A stretch of 63,531 nucleotides of DNA, filler included, from 4 parts of 4 records of this genome joined end to end with filler, not necessarily neighbours in it; one strand, 5' to 3'; counted from the whole stretch's first letter, positions 27,433 to 36,557 are shown. Program-made: numbers and translations. Notes: generated from the letters alone by a model not told the origin.

Positions 27433-28005
27433 ATGCACAAACACTACATCAGCGCCCAGCAGTTGCTGGAGGACTCCTTCCGCCTGGCCTGGCAGGTCTT
27501 CGAGAGCGGATTCCGACCCAACTACATCATCGGGGTCTGGCGCGGCGGCGCGCCGGTAGGCATCGCGGTGCAGGAACTGCTCGACGTGCTGGGGGTAGAA
27601 TCTGACCACATCGCGATCCGCACGTCCTCCTACACCGGTATCGGGGAGCGCAACCGGCATGTGCTGGTGCACGGCCTGAATTACGTGATCCGCCGCCTCG
27701 AGTCGGAGGACTCCCTGCTGATCGTGGACGATGTGCACGATACCGGCTTATCGATCAACCAGACCATCGAGGACCTCCAGGCGGCGTGTAAAAAGAACAC
27801 GCCGGAGATCCGCATCGCCACGCCCTACTACAAGCCCGGCAACAACCGGACCCAGCGGGTACCCGATTACTACATCCATGAAACTGACGACTGGCTGGTT
27901 TTTCCCCACGAGCTGGACGGCCTGACCACCGAGGAGTTGCGCGCCAACAAGCCCGAGTTGGCGAGCTTCCTGTCCAGGATGGAACCGCTGCTGAAGAAAC
28001 CTTAG
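27433..28005 (+). CDS. Type I phosphoribosyltransferase (hypoxanthine/xanthine-guanine PRT-like)
   Basis: IIGVWRGG, PRPP-binding LLIVDDVHDTGLS and PDYYIHETDDWLVFPHE. Confidence 0.87.
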   Translation: MHKHYISAQQLLEDSFRLAWQVFESGFRPNYIIGVWRGGAPVGIAVQELLDVLGVESDHIAIRTSSYTGIGERNRHVLVHGLNYVIRRLESEDSLLIVDDVHDTGLSINQTIEDLQAACKKNTPEIRIATPYYKPGNNRTQRVPDYYIHETDDWLVFPHELDGLTTEELRANKPELASFLSRMEPLLKKP

Positions 28006-28580
28006 TCGGGATCGGCGCTGCGCGTGTAGGCGCGGATTATGGCCGCGTGCCCGGGGAAGCGCGCAATGAGAGCCTCCCGCTCACCGAGGCTCATATCCTC
28101 GTACTCGAAGCCCGGGGACACCGCCTCGCTGATCAGGCCGTACTGCCCCCCCGGCAGGTGCGACGCCTTCCAGATACCGCCGCGCACCACCAGCTGCAAC
28201 TGCTGTCCCGCCGCCAGGTCTGGTCCCAGCACCGCGGTTTCCAGGCGCCCGTCCGGGTGGATCAGGTAGTAATGCACCGGGCTGCCGAGATGGTAGTAGT
28301 GAATGATGTCCGACTTGTTCAGGTGCCAGTGCCCGATCGGTGCCGCTTCGGTCAGCAGGTAGAAGATTGAGGTGAGGGTGTAGCGCTCCCCCTCCCCCTG
28401 GTCGATCCGCGGCCGGTGATCGGCCTGGAAGGTGCGGCGGAAGTAGCCGCCTTCAACATGGGCCTCCAGGCCCAGCTCGCGAATCACGGTCTCCAGGTCG
28501 GGTTGTTGCGGCACGTTTGTCTCTCCCCAGCTGGGCCCGGTGGCCAGCAGCAGGCCGAATAATAGTGATCGCAGGCTCAC
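28002..28580 (-). CDS. DUF985/Cupin_5 family protein with putative signal peptide
   Basis: LGLEAHVEGGYFRRT, TSIFYLL, WH...SDIIHYYH.G, QLVV.GG.WKA and SEAVSPGFEYED; hydrophobic N-terminus SLLFGLLLATGPSWG. Confidence 0.85.
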   Translation of the reverse strand: MSLRSLLFGLLLATGPSWGETNVPQQPDLETVIRELGLEAHVEGGYFRRTFQADHRPRIDQGEGERYTLTSIFYLLTEAAPIGHWHLNKSDIIHYYHLGSPVHYYLIHPDGRLETAVLGPDLAAGQQLQLVVRGGIWKASHLPGGQYGLISEAVSPGFEYEDMSLGEREALIARFPGHAAIIRAYTRSADPD

Positions 28581-29989
28581 GGCGCTGCCTGCTGGCCCGC
28601 CAGTGCGGCCCGGATCTGGTCACTGCGGGCCTGAACTGCCTTGCGCAGCGCTGCCTCGTCGATCGTGCTGACCTCGCGGTTTTCCATCAACACCCGGCCG
28701 GCAACGACGGTCGTCGTCACATTAGCGCTGTCCAGCACATAGACCAGGTGCGACATCACATCGTACAGCGGCAGCTGGTGGGTCTGGTCCAGCTCCAGCT
28801 GGATCAGATCCGCCTGCATGCCCGGTTGCAGCTGGCCTACGGCATCACCCAGGCGCACCGCCTGCGCGCCGAGGCGGGTTGCCATGGCCAGCGCGGCCGG
28901 AGCCGGCAAGGTAGTTGGGTCCCCACTGTTGACCTTGTGCAGCAGGGCGGCCATGCGGATCTCTTCCCACATGTCCAGATCGTTGTTGGAGGCGGCACCA
29001 TCGGTGCCGAGGCCAACGTTCACTCCGGCGGCCAGCATCGCCGGCACCGGCGACACCCCGGCGCCCAGCTTCATATTCGAGGTGGGATTGTGAACCGCGC
29101 CCACTCCGGCTTCGGCCGTGAGCGCGATGTCATTGGGATCAAGCTGCACCATGTGCGCCGCAATCAGCCGCTGCCGGTACAGGCCAAGGTCGCTGGCGTG
29201 GCGCACCGGGGTCTTGCCGAAATTCCCGGCAATATAGGCGGTCTCTGCCGGCGCCTCGGCCAGGTGCATGGAGATAATTGCGTCCAACTGCTCGGCTTTT
29301 TCAACGGTGGCCCGCAGATTCTCCGGAGCCACGGTGTACGGGGCGTGGGGGGCAAAGGCCGGGGTTATACGCGGGTGCTTGCCCTGCCAGCGGCTGACGA
29401 AGTCTATCGCTGCGGCAAAGGAGTCATCCCAGCCGCTGAAGCCCGGACTGGGATAATCGATATGCGGCGCCGCCACTACCGCCCGCAGGCCGCAGCGATC
29501 TACGACACCGGCTATCTCGTCCGGGTAGAAGTACATATCGACAAACGTGGTGGTACCACCGCGAATCATTTCCCAGCAGGCAAGCTCGGTACCCACACGG
29601 ACAAACTCAGGGGTAACAAAGCGCCCCTCCATGGGGAACACGTACTGGTTGAGCCAGGTCATCAGGTCCAGGTCGTCAACCATGCCCCGAAACAGGGTCA
29701 TCGCCGTGTGGGTATGGCCATTCACCAGACCGGGCATCAGTACCCGGTTCGCTCCCGGGATTGCGCGGGCGGCCATATGGGCGGCGTCGATCTCGGCGCG
29801 TGGGCCGACGGCGATGATTTTATCGCCACTTACTACCACCGCCCCGTCCTCGATCACCGGGTTACCCTCGGTCATCGGCAGCACATAATCGCCGTACAGG
29901 ATCAGGTCCGCAGCCACGCCCGTCTGGACGGGGATAACAGTGACAAGAAGCAGGGCAAGAAGCCCCGCGGGAAGCTGTATTTTCAACAC
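28577..29989 (-). CDS. Amidohydrolase, MTA/SAH (nucleoside) deaminase-like, with putative signal peptide
   Basis: LMPGLVNGHTH, GTTTFVDMY, APHAPYTV, MHLAE, AAHMV, HNPTSNMKLG and LGTDGAASNNDLDM; GTG at 29989 gives a signal-like N-terminus. Confidence 0.88.
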   Translation of the reverse strand: MLKIQLPAGLLALLLVTVIPVQTGVAADLILYGDYVLPMTEGNPVIEDGAVVVSGDKIIAVGPRAEIDAAHMAARAIPGANRVLMPGLVNGHTHTAMTLFRGMVDDLDLMTWLNQYVFPMEGRFVTPEFVRVGTELACWEMIRGGTTTFVDMYFYPDEIAGVVDRCGLRAVVAAPHIDYPSPGFSGWDDSFAAAIDFVSRWQGKHPRITPAFAPHAPYTVAPENLRATVEKAEQLDAIISMHLAEAPAETAYIAGNFGKTPVRHASDLGLYRQRLIAAHMVQLDPNDIALTAEAGVGAVHNPTSNMKLGAGVSPVPAMLAAGVNVGLGTDGAASNNDLDMWEEIRMAALLHKVNSGDPTTLPAPAALAMATRLGAQAVRLGDAVGQLQPGMQADLIQLELDQTHQLPLYDVMSHLVYVLDSANVTTTVVAGRVLMENREVSTIDEAALRKAVQARSDQIRAALAGQQAAP

Positions 29990-30203
29990 GATTGACGCCT
30001 GAACTGGGAACCCGAAGGCAGGGAGCATAGCACCCACTGCGATGGGTCGTGAATTCTGGTACTTTTGCCGCCTGCGGCTGCGAAGTTGCCGCAGAAAGTG
30101 TAAATTTTCACGCTTATCAGAACATCCGCCACCGGCTCATCAGAAAGCCGGGCCGGCATGCAAGGGAACTACCCACATTTCAGCGTTCTCAGGAGAGAGT
30201 CTC

Positions 30204-32363
30204 ATGAAAAGGTCCACCGCACCCCGCCTGGCCCTGGCCAGCGCCGTTGCCGCAGCCGTCGGCTTTGCCACCCCGGCCATGGCACAGCTTGAAGAAGTGA
30301 TTGTCACCGCCACCAAGCGCGAGCAGAGCCTGCTCGACGTCCCGATCTCGGTCGCCACTCTGTCCGGTGAACGGTTCACCTCGATCTTCGAGGGCGGGGC
30401 GGACATCCGCGGCCTGTCGGCTCGGGTGCCGGGCCTGTACGTGGAATCCTCGAACGGCCGGGTGGCGCCACGCTTCTACATCCGCGGCCTGGGTAACACC
30501 GACTTTGACCTCGCCGCCTCCCAGCCGGTGTCCATCATCATGGACGAGGTGGTAAAGGAGAACGTGGTCCTGAAGAGCTTCCCGCTGTTCGACATCCAGC
30601 GCGTGGAAGTCCTGCGCGGCCCCCAGGGCTCACTGTTCGGCCGCAACACCACCGCCGGCATCGTGAAGTTCGACTCCAACAAGCCTACCTATGAGCCGGA
30701 AGGCCATGCCAAGGTGGATATCGGCGACCTCGACACCATCAATTTTGAAGGCGCCATCAGCGGCGGCCTCGGTGAGACCGTTGCCGGACGCCTGGCCGCG
30801 CTGTACCAGAGCCGGGGCGACTACATCGACAACGACTTTACCGGCGAAAGCGAAGCGCTGGGCGGGTTCATCGAAAAAGCGGTCAAGGGCTTCCTGCTGT
30901 GGGAACCCACCGATCGCCTGAGCGTACTGGCCGGTGCACACTATCGTGACCTGGAAGGTACTGCGGCCGTGTTCCGCGCCAATATCTTCACCAAGGGTTC
31001 CAACAAGCTCAACCAGAACTACGACCGCGAGACGGTGTTCTTCGACGAGGGTGAAAACAACCCGCAGGAGTACGAGAACTCCGGCTTCAACGTCAAAGTG
31101 GAGTATGACCTCGGCGGCATGACCCTGACCTCGATCACCGCTTTCGATGAGGCAGAGGGCCTCAGCCGCGGTGATATCGATGGTGGTTTCGGTGCCGTGT
31201 TCCTGCCCGAGTCCGGGCCGGGCTTTATTCCCTTCCCGTCCCAGTCGCAGGATGACGCCGACGTGGAGCAGTTCACCCAGGAGCTGCGCCTGGCCAGCGA
31301 ATACGGTGACAGCTTCAACTGGCAGGTGGGTGCCTTCTTCTTTGACTCGACCCTCGACGTGACCACCAACCCGTTCTTCATCCCGGCGACCACGGTTGAG
31401 CATGAGAACCAGACCTGGGCGGTATTCGGCCAGGGCGACTACGCGATCAACGATGCCTGGACCCTGACCGCCGGCCTGCGCTGGACCGATGACGAGAAGG
31501 ATTTCTCCGCACCGGGTTTCAAGGAGTCCGTATCCGATGACCAGCTCAGCGGCGACGTCACCCTGTCCTACACCATGAGCGACGCCTCGCTGCTGTGGGG
31601 CAAGATCGGCACCGGTTTCCGCGCGCCGACCATCCAGGGCCGCGACGTGGCCTTCGGCGCAGCGCCGTCGATCGCCGATTCCGAAACCATCACCTCCTTT
31701 GAAGTGGGCTACAAGGGCCAGTTCGCTAACGACCGGCTGCGCCTGAATGCCGCCCTGTTCTACTACGAGGTGGAGGACATCCAGTTCACCGCGGTAGGCG
31801 GCAGCGGCAACTTCATCCAGCTGACCAACGCCGACACCGGCATCGGCCAGGGCTTTGAACTGGACGTCGAATGGCTGATAGTCGACAACCTGCAGGTCAC
31901 CTTCGGCGCGGCCTATGCCGACACCGAGATCGACGACAGCAGGCTGCGCGTCGGTATCTGCGGTTTCGACAACTGCACCGTGACCAACCCCATCGACGCC
32001 GATGGCCGCGCCCTGGTGGACGGCAACCCGTTCCCCAATGCGCCGGAGTGGACCTACAACTTCACTGCCTCCTACAGCATCCCTGTCGGCAGGGAGTCGG
32101 AACTGTTCGCATTTACCGACTGGGCCTACCAGGGTGACACCAACCTGTTCCTCTACGAGTCCAAGGAGTTCACCACCGACGGCCAGTACGAGGGCGGTGT
32201 GCGCGCGGGCTGGCGCCTGCGGGACGGTAGTTTCGAAGTTGCACTGTTCGGTCGTAACATCACCGATGAGGAAAACGTGCAGGGTGCCATCGACTTCAAC
32301 AACCTGACCGGCTTCACCAACGAGCCGCGGGTCTGGGGTCTGTCGATCGCATCATCCTTCTGA
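30204..32363 (+). CDS. TonB-dependent receptor
   Basis: Signal peptide; TonB box LEEVIVTATKR; RVEVLRGPQGSLFGRNTTAG; C-terminal Phe; GGAGAG RBS. Confidence 0.93.
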   Translation: MKRSTAPRLALASAVAAAVGFATPAMAQLEEVIVTATKREQSLLDVPISVATLSGERFTSIFEGGADIRGLSARVPGLYVESSNGRVAPRFYIRGLGNTDFDLAASQPVSIIMDEVVKENVVLKSFPLFDIQRVEVLRGPQGSLFGRNTTAGIVKFDSNKPTYEPEGHAKVDIGDLDTINFEGAISGGLGETVAGRLAALYQSRGDYIDNDFTGESEALGGFIEKAVKGFLLWEPTDRLSVLAGAHYRDLEGTAAVFRANIFTKGSNKLNQNYDRETVFFDEGENNPQEYENSGFNVKVEYDLGGMTLTSITAFDEAEGLSRGDIDGGFGAVFLPESGPGFIPFPSQSQDDADVEQFTQELRLASEYGDSFNWQVGAFFFDSTLDVTTNPFFIPATTVEHENQTWAVFGQGDYAINDAWTLTAGLRWTDDEKDFSAPGFKESVSDDQLSGDVTLSYTMSDASLLWGKIGTGFRAPTIQGRDVAFGAAPSIADSETITSFEVGYKGQFANDRLRLNAALFYYEVEDIQFTAVGGSGNFIQLTNADTGIGQGFELDVEWLIVDNLQVTFGAAYADTEIDDSRLRVGICGFDNCTVTNPIDADGRALVDGNPFPNAPEWTYNFTASYSIPVGRESELFAFTDWAYQGDTNLFLYESKEFTTDGQYEGGVRAGWRLRDGSFEVALFGRNITDEENVQGAIDFNNLTGFTNEPRVWGLSIASSF

Positions 32364-32365
32364 TA

Positions 32366-32390
32366 GTGCACCTGCCCCCGGCAGGTGCAC
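32366..32390. repeat. Perfect 11-bp inverted repeat directly after the TonB receptor stop
   Basis: GTGCACCTGCC-ccc-GGCAGGTGCAC. Confidence 0.7.
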
Positions 32391-32431
32391 AGGTGGCGGC
32401 CTTCTTCTACACTGTGGAAGCGGCCGCCGGT

Positions 32432-32458
32432 AAACCCCGGCCCAGGCCGGGGTTTTTT
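32432..32458 (+). terminator. Rho-independent terminator between the TonB receptor and transporter genes
   Basis: AAACCCCGGC-ccag-GCCGGGGTTTTTT. Confidence 0.8.
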
Positions 32459-32498
32459 GTTATGAACGCCTGATAAAACAACAACAGAGGGCCAGTCC

Positions 32499-33500
32499 AT
32501 GTTTATCGTCGAATCCTACGGTGTCGCCGTAGCACTGTGTTTCCTGACCATGCTCTGCTGGGGCTCCTGGGCCAATACCCAGAAGCTCGCCACCCAGGAG
32601 TGGCGCTTCCAGCTGTTTTACTGGGACTATTCCATCGGCGTCCTGCTGCTGGCTCTTGCGCTGGCCTTCACCCTGGGCAGCAGCGGTGAACAGGGCCGGG
32701 CCTTCCTGCCTGATATTTCCCAGGCCAGCGTCGAATCCATCCAGATGGCCCTACTCGGCGGGGCCGTATTCAACCTCGCCAATATCCTGCTGGTGGTTGC
32801 TATCGATATCGCGGGCATGGCCGTGGCCTTTCCGGTCGGCATTGGCCTGGCCCTGGTAATCGGCGTCATCGCCAATTACGACCCGGTCCAGGTTAACAGC
32901 GCCATGCTGTTGTTTTTCGGGGTCGGACTGGTGGTCGTGGCCATCATCATCGACGCGCTGATTTACCGTCGGGTGCCCAGCGCCGGCGGCCAGGGCATTG
33001 GCAAGGGCCTGGCCATTTCGGTGATCGCCGGCATCGCCATGGGCTTCTTCTACCGCTTCGTTGCCCAATCCATGTCCTTCGACTTCGCCAACCCGGACCC
33101 GGGCCTGATGACCCCCTACTCCGCCGGCGTGGTATTTGGCGTCGGCCTGCTGCTGTCGAATGTGATTTTCCTGATCCCGCTGATGTACAAGCCGATCAGC
33201 GGCGAACCGGCAGCGCTGGGAGAGTACTTCAGCAAGGGCACCCCGCGCCTGCACCTGGTGGGCATCCTCGGCGGCGCGATCTGGGCGACAGGCTTCTGTT
33301 TCAATATCATCGCTGCCGGCAAGGCCGGCTACGCCGTGTCTTACGGTCTTGGCCAGGGCGCGACCATGGTCGCCGCCTTCTGGGGTGTGTTTATCTGGAA
33401 GGAATTCAAGGACACACCGGCCGGTACCGGGGCACTTATTGGCGCCATGTTTGCCTGCTTCTTCTTCGGCCTGGGCATGATCATTTACTCCAATCTGTAG
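32499..33500 (+). CDS. DMT-superfamily transporter (GRP/ureide-permease-like; likely ribose or purine derivative uptake)
   Basis: LCWGSWANTQKL, FQLFYWDY, AGMAVAFPVGIG and YGLGQGATMVAAFWGVFIWKEF; about 10 TM; upstream of rbsK. Confidence 0.8.
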   Translation: MFIVESYGVAVALCFLTMLCWGSWANTQKLATQEWRFQLFYWDYSIGVLLLALALAFTLGSSGEQGRAFLPDISQASVESIQMALLGGAVFNLANILLVVAIDIAGMAVAFPVGIGLALVIGVIANYDPVQVNSAMLLFFGVGLVVVAIIIDALIYRRVPSAGGQGIGKGLAISVIAGIAMGFFYRFVAQSMSFDFANPDPGLMTPYSAGVVFGVGLLLSNVIFLIPLMYKPISGEPAALGEYFSKGTPRLHLVGILGGAIWATGFCFNIIAAGKAGYAVSYGLGQGATMVAAFWGVFIWKEFKDTPAGTGALIGAMFACFFFGLGMIIYSNL

Positions 33501-33509
33501 GCGAGCCCC

Positions 33510-34442
33510 ATGAGCAAGGTCGTTGTCATCGGTTCTTCCAACACGGATATGATCATCCAGGTGCCGCACCTGCCCGGACCCGGGGAAACCGTGCTCGGCG
33601 GTGCGTTCACCACCGCCGCCGGCGGCAAGGGCGCCAACCAGGCGGTGGCAGCAGCCCGCGCCGGCGGCAAGGTCAGCTTCATCGGGGCAATGGGAGACGA
33701 TCACTTCGGCCGGCAAGCATTGGCGGGATTCGAAGCTGACGGTATCGATACCGGTCTGTGCCTGATCGATCCGGTCACGCCTTCCGGCGTGGCGCAGATC
33801 TTCGTGGCCGACGATGGCGAGAACTCGATCGGCGTGGCCCCGGGGGCCAACGCCTGTCTGGAAGCGGGCCATATCGACCGCGCCGCCGGCCTGTTCGGGC
33901 CGGGCACAGTTGTCCTGCTCCAGCTTGAAACCCCACTGGAGACCGTGGTTCACGCCGCGCAACTCGCGAGGTCGCGCGGCAGCACCGTTATTCTGAACCC
34001 GGCGCCCGCCGCCACCCTGCCTGACGAGATCTATGCCAACATCGACTACTTCACGCCCAACCTGAACGAGACTGAGCTGCTGACCGGTATGCAGCCGGCG
34101 GACGAGACTTCCGCCCAGATCGCCGCCGAAATCCTGCACAGTCGCGGGGTAAACAACGTGCTGATCACCCGGGGAGCAGAGGGCGTATACCTGTCCCGGC
34201 GTGCCGCCGACGGGTCGATCTCCGGCGGTATGTTCCCGGCATTCCGGGTCAAGGCGGTGGACACGACCGCCGCCGGCGACGTGTTCAACGGCTGCCTGGC
34301 GGTTGCCCTGGCCGAGCAACGGGACCTGGCGGACGCCATTACCTTCGCCCAGGCGGGAGCCGCACTGTCGGTACAGACCCTGGGCGCCCAGATCAGTGCA
34401 CCTACGCTGGACGCCATCCACAACCTTATTCAAACCTCCTGA
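33510..34442 (+). CDS. rbsK: Ribokinase
   Basis: VIGSSNTDM, PGPGETV, GGKGANQAVAAARAG, GENSIGV, LQLETP, LNPAPA and VDTTAAGDVFNG. Confidence 0.93.
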   Translation: MSKVVVIGSSNTDMIIQVPHLPGPGETVLGGAFTTAAGGKGANQAVAAARAGGKVSFIGAMGDDHFGRQALAGFEADGIDTGLCLIDPVTPSGVAQIFVADDGENSIGVAPGANACLEAGHIDRAAGLFGPGTVVLLQLETPLETVVHAAQLARSRGSTVILNPAPAATLPDEIYANIDYFTPNLNETELLTGMQPADETSAQIAAEILHSRGVNNVLITRGAEGVYLSRRAADGSISGGMFPAFRVKAVDTTAAGDVFNGCLAVALAEQRDLADAITFAQAGAALSVQTLGAQISAPTLDAIHNLIQTS

Positions 34443-34454
34443 CGAGTTGATTCC

Positions 34455-35513
34455 ATGACTTACCTGCGTACGCTTCCCCTGTTGTTCCTGCTCGCCCTGT
34501 TTGCCCTGACCACCCGGGCCGCGGAGCCCCTGCCAATCAAGGTAGTGGTGGTCACCATGTTTGAAACCGGGGCCGACACCGGCGACCAGGCCGGGGAATT
34601 CCAGCGTTGGAATGAACGCCAGGACCTCGCTACGGTGTATCCCGCGCCGCACATGCACCACGACATCCACGTCAATGAGAAGACCGGTGTGCTCGGCATT
34701 GTCACCGGCATGGGTACCGCCAATGCCGCGGCCAGCGTGATGGCCCTGGGCCTGGATCCGCGCTTCGACCTGAGCCGGGCATACTGGCTGGTGGCGGGAA
34801 TTTCCGGTTTTGATCCCGCGGATGCCTCGCTGGGCTCGGTTGCCTGGGCCGAGTGGCTGGTAGACGGTGACCTGGCCCACGAGATCGACGCCCGGGAAAT
34901 TCCAGAGGACTGGGATACGGGCTACTTCCCCCTGTTCAGCCAGGGGCCGGGCGACCCCGAGCGCCGCAGCTACAACCTGGGCGAGGTTTTCCAATTGAAT
35001 CCCGCCCTGGTTAACTGGGCCTATGAATTGACCCACGGCATGGACCTGCCCGACGACCCCAGCCTGGAGGCCACCCGCAAACTCTACGTGGACTACCCGA
35101 CCGCCCAGCGCAAACCTTTCGTGCTCAAGGGCGACCAGCTGGCGGCGATGACCTTCTGGCACGGCACGGTGCTCAATGACTGGGCCAACGCGTGGACCAA
35201 ATACTGGACCAACGGCCAGGGCGAGTTCGTCAGCTCCGCCATGGAAGACACCGGGACCTTCCAGTCGCTGAGTTACCTGCACGCCGGGGGAAAGGTGGAT
35301 AAAAACCGGGTGATGGTACTGCGCACCGCGTCGAACTTTACCCTGCCACCGCCCGGGAAGTCGGCAGCCGATTACCTGCGCGAGGAACAGCACGACAGTT
35401 ACGCCGGTCTCGACGCGGCCCTGGAAAATGCCTACCTGGTGGGCAGCCGGGTCGTTAAGGAGTTGCTGGACAACTGGGACCGCTACGCAAAAACACCGCC
35501 CGGCAGCCCCTGA
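34455..35513 (+). CDS. 'Purine nucleoside permease' (NUP) family protein; soluble, exported, nucleoside phosphorylase-like motifs
   Basis: Signal peptide; KVVVVTMFE.G, LGLDPRFDLS..YWLVAGISG.DP, DGDLAHEIDARE, FWHG, SAMEDTG and VMVLRTASNF. Confidence 0.85.
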   Translation: MTYLRTLPLLFLLALFALTTRAAEPLPIKVVVVTMFETGADTGDQAGEFQRWNERQDLATVYPAPHMHHDIHVNEKTGVLGIVTGMGTANAAASVMALGLDPRFDLSRAYWLVAGISGFDPADASLGSVAWAEWLVDGDLAHEIDAREIPEDWDTGYFPLFSQGPGDPERRSYNLGEVFQLNPALVNWAYELTHGMDLPDDPSLEATRKLYVDYPTAQRKPFVLKGDQLAAMTFWHGTVLNDWANAWTKYWTNGQGEFVSSAMEDTGTFQSLSYLHAGGKVDKNRVMVLRTASNFTLPPPGKSAADYLREEQHDSYAGLDAALENAYLVGSRVVKELLDNWDRYAKTPPGSP

Positions 35514-35560
35514 TAGGGGTACTTTTCACGCCTGGAGTAGGGACTTTTCACACCCGGGAG
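35514..35560 (+). repeat. Imperfect tandem direct repeat (two ~23-24-bp units)
   Basis: TAGGGGTACTTTTCACGCCTGGAG followed by TAGGGACTTTTCACACCCGGGAG. Confidence 0.65.
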
Positions 35561-35615
35561 GCAGCTGCCTTTGTTACCCTCCGGGTTGAACAGGGTCCTA
35601 TTTGCAGAGTTTTTC

Positions 35616-35801
35616 ATGAAGCGTCGTGACGAGGGTAAAACCAGCCTGGTGGAGTTCCTCCGCAGCATCAAGTTTACCCATGACAATACCAACTCCGGCG
35701 GCGAGCGCTCCGGTCCGCAGTTCGCGGGTCTCAACCCGCGGGTTCGGCAGCGCCGGAAGTCCAGCAGCGAGGAGTCCCAGCTTATTCGCAGCGCCAACTA
35801 G
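35616..35801 (+). CDS. Small basic hypothetical protein (61 aa)
   Basis: ATG ORF that fills the gap before a convergent gene; no recognisable domain. Confidence 0.4.
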   Translation: MKRRDEGKTSLVEFLRSIKFTHDNTNSGGERSGPQFAGLNPRVRQRRKSSSEESQLIRSAN

Positions 35802-35807
35802 GCGGCG

Positions 35808-36557
35808 TCAAGCCGGGGCCTCCCCCACCAGCGCGTGCTCAGCGAGCCGCGCATACATTCGTTCAGCCTCTTCGCACAGGGCCGCATAGCGTGGCGGTAT
35901 AGCCACGTCCGCCGTATCGTCAGGCGGCGCGGCGGTGAAGCCGGTTGATCGCTCTACTGCGGCATACCAGTGCGGCGCCCAGATACCGTCACTGGCGCGC
36001 CGACCCGCCGGCCAGCTGAGCATGGCGGGAAGGAAATCGATCGCCAGCGCAGCGCACAGGCTCCGCAGCACGCCTTCAGGATTGGCCAGGGTAAGCGCCG
36101 CATCCAGTACCGGCGGCGGCTTGCCCAGCCGCGCCCACTCCCGTTCAAACAGCGCCAACTGCTGGGGGAAACCCAGCTCCTCCAGGCTGAAATCCGGTCT
36201 CACCCTGGCGTAGGAAGCGACGATCCGGCGCGGTTCGCGGATCAGGAAACAGTTCTGCAGGCCGTCGACCCAGTCCAGGCCAGTGTCAGCCAGCAGGTGC
36301 TGGGTCATATGCTTCTGGTAGTAAACCGGGCAGTCACCCGGTGCATCCGACAGCAGGCTATGGGCCACCGAGCGCCAGTCGCAATCCATGCCGGCAATGA
36401 TCGCGTCACTGGCAGGATGATCGAGACCAGTCTGCGCCAGGTAATAGCCGTACAGGGGTTCATCCACCACCGCACAATCCGGCCGATTCTCGAAGGCGCG
36501 CATCAGTGCCGTGCTGATATTGCGCGGCCCTGACCACATGGCAATGCGGTGGGTCAC
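35808..36557 (-). CDS. Sulfotransferase-like P-loop protein of the type associated with aminotransferase IV
   Basis: RIAMWSGPRNISTALMRAF, DEPLY, YQKHMTQH, FLIREP, MLSWPAG and DGIWAPHWY..V..STGF. Confidence 0.8.
   Translation of the reverse strand: MTHRIAMWSGPRNISTALMRAFENRPDCAVVDEPLYGYYLAQTGLDHPASDAIIAGMDCDWRSVAHSLLSDAPGDCPVYYQKHMTQHLLADTGLDWVDGLQNCFLIREPRRIVASYARVRPDFSLEELGFPQQLALFEREWARLGKPPPVLDAALTLANPEGVLRSLCAALAIDFLPAMLSWPAGRRASDGIWAPHWYAAVERSTGFTAAPPDDTADVAIPPRYAALCEEAERMYARLAEHALVGEAPA

Noticed and set aside
29990-30203. Purine riboswitch in the TonB receptor leader
   Set aside because: A hairpin (CCGGCT...AGCCGG) is present, but I could not match the conserved core of any known riboswitch; an Rfam search is needed.
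32751-35393. 880-aa minus-strand ORF, and similar long ORFs at 6052-7944, 53375-55531, 55822-57402, 28517-29995 and 3127-4353
   Set aside because: These are antisense shadows of well-supported genes in GC-rich DNA and have no recognisable motifs.
15540-35513. One purine super-cluster joining purKE-sbtAB with the salvage locus
   Set aside because: A terminator and unrelated genes (uup, aminotransferase, pepD) lie between them, and no shared operator was seen; the proximity may be chance.
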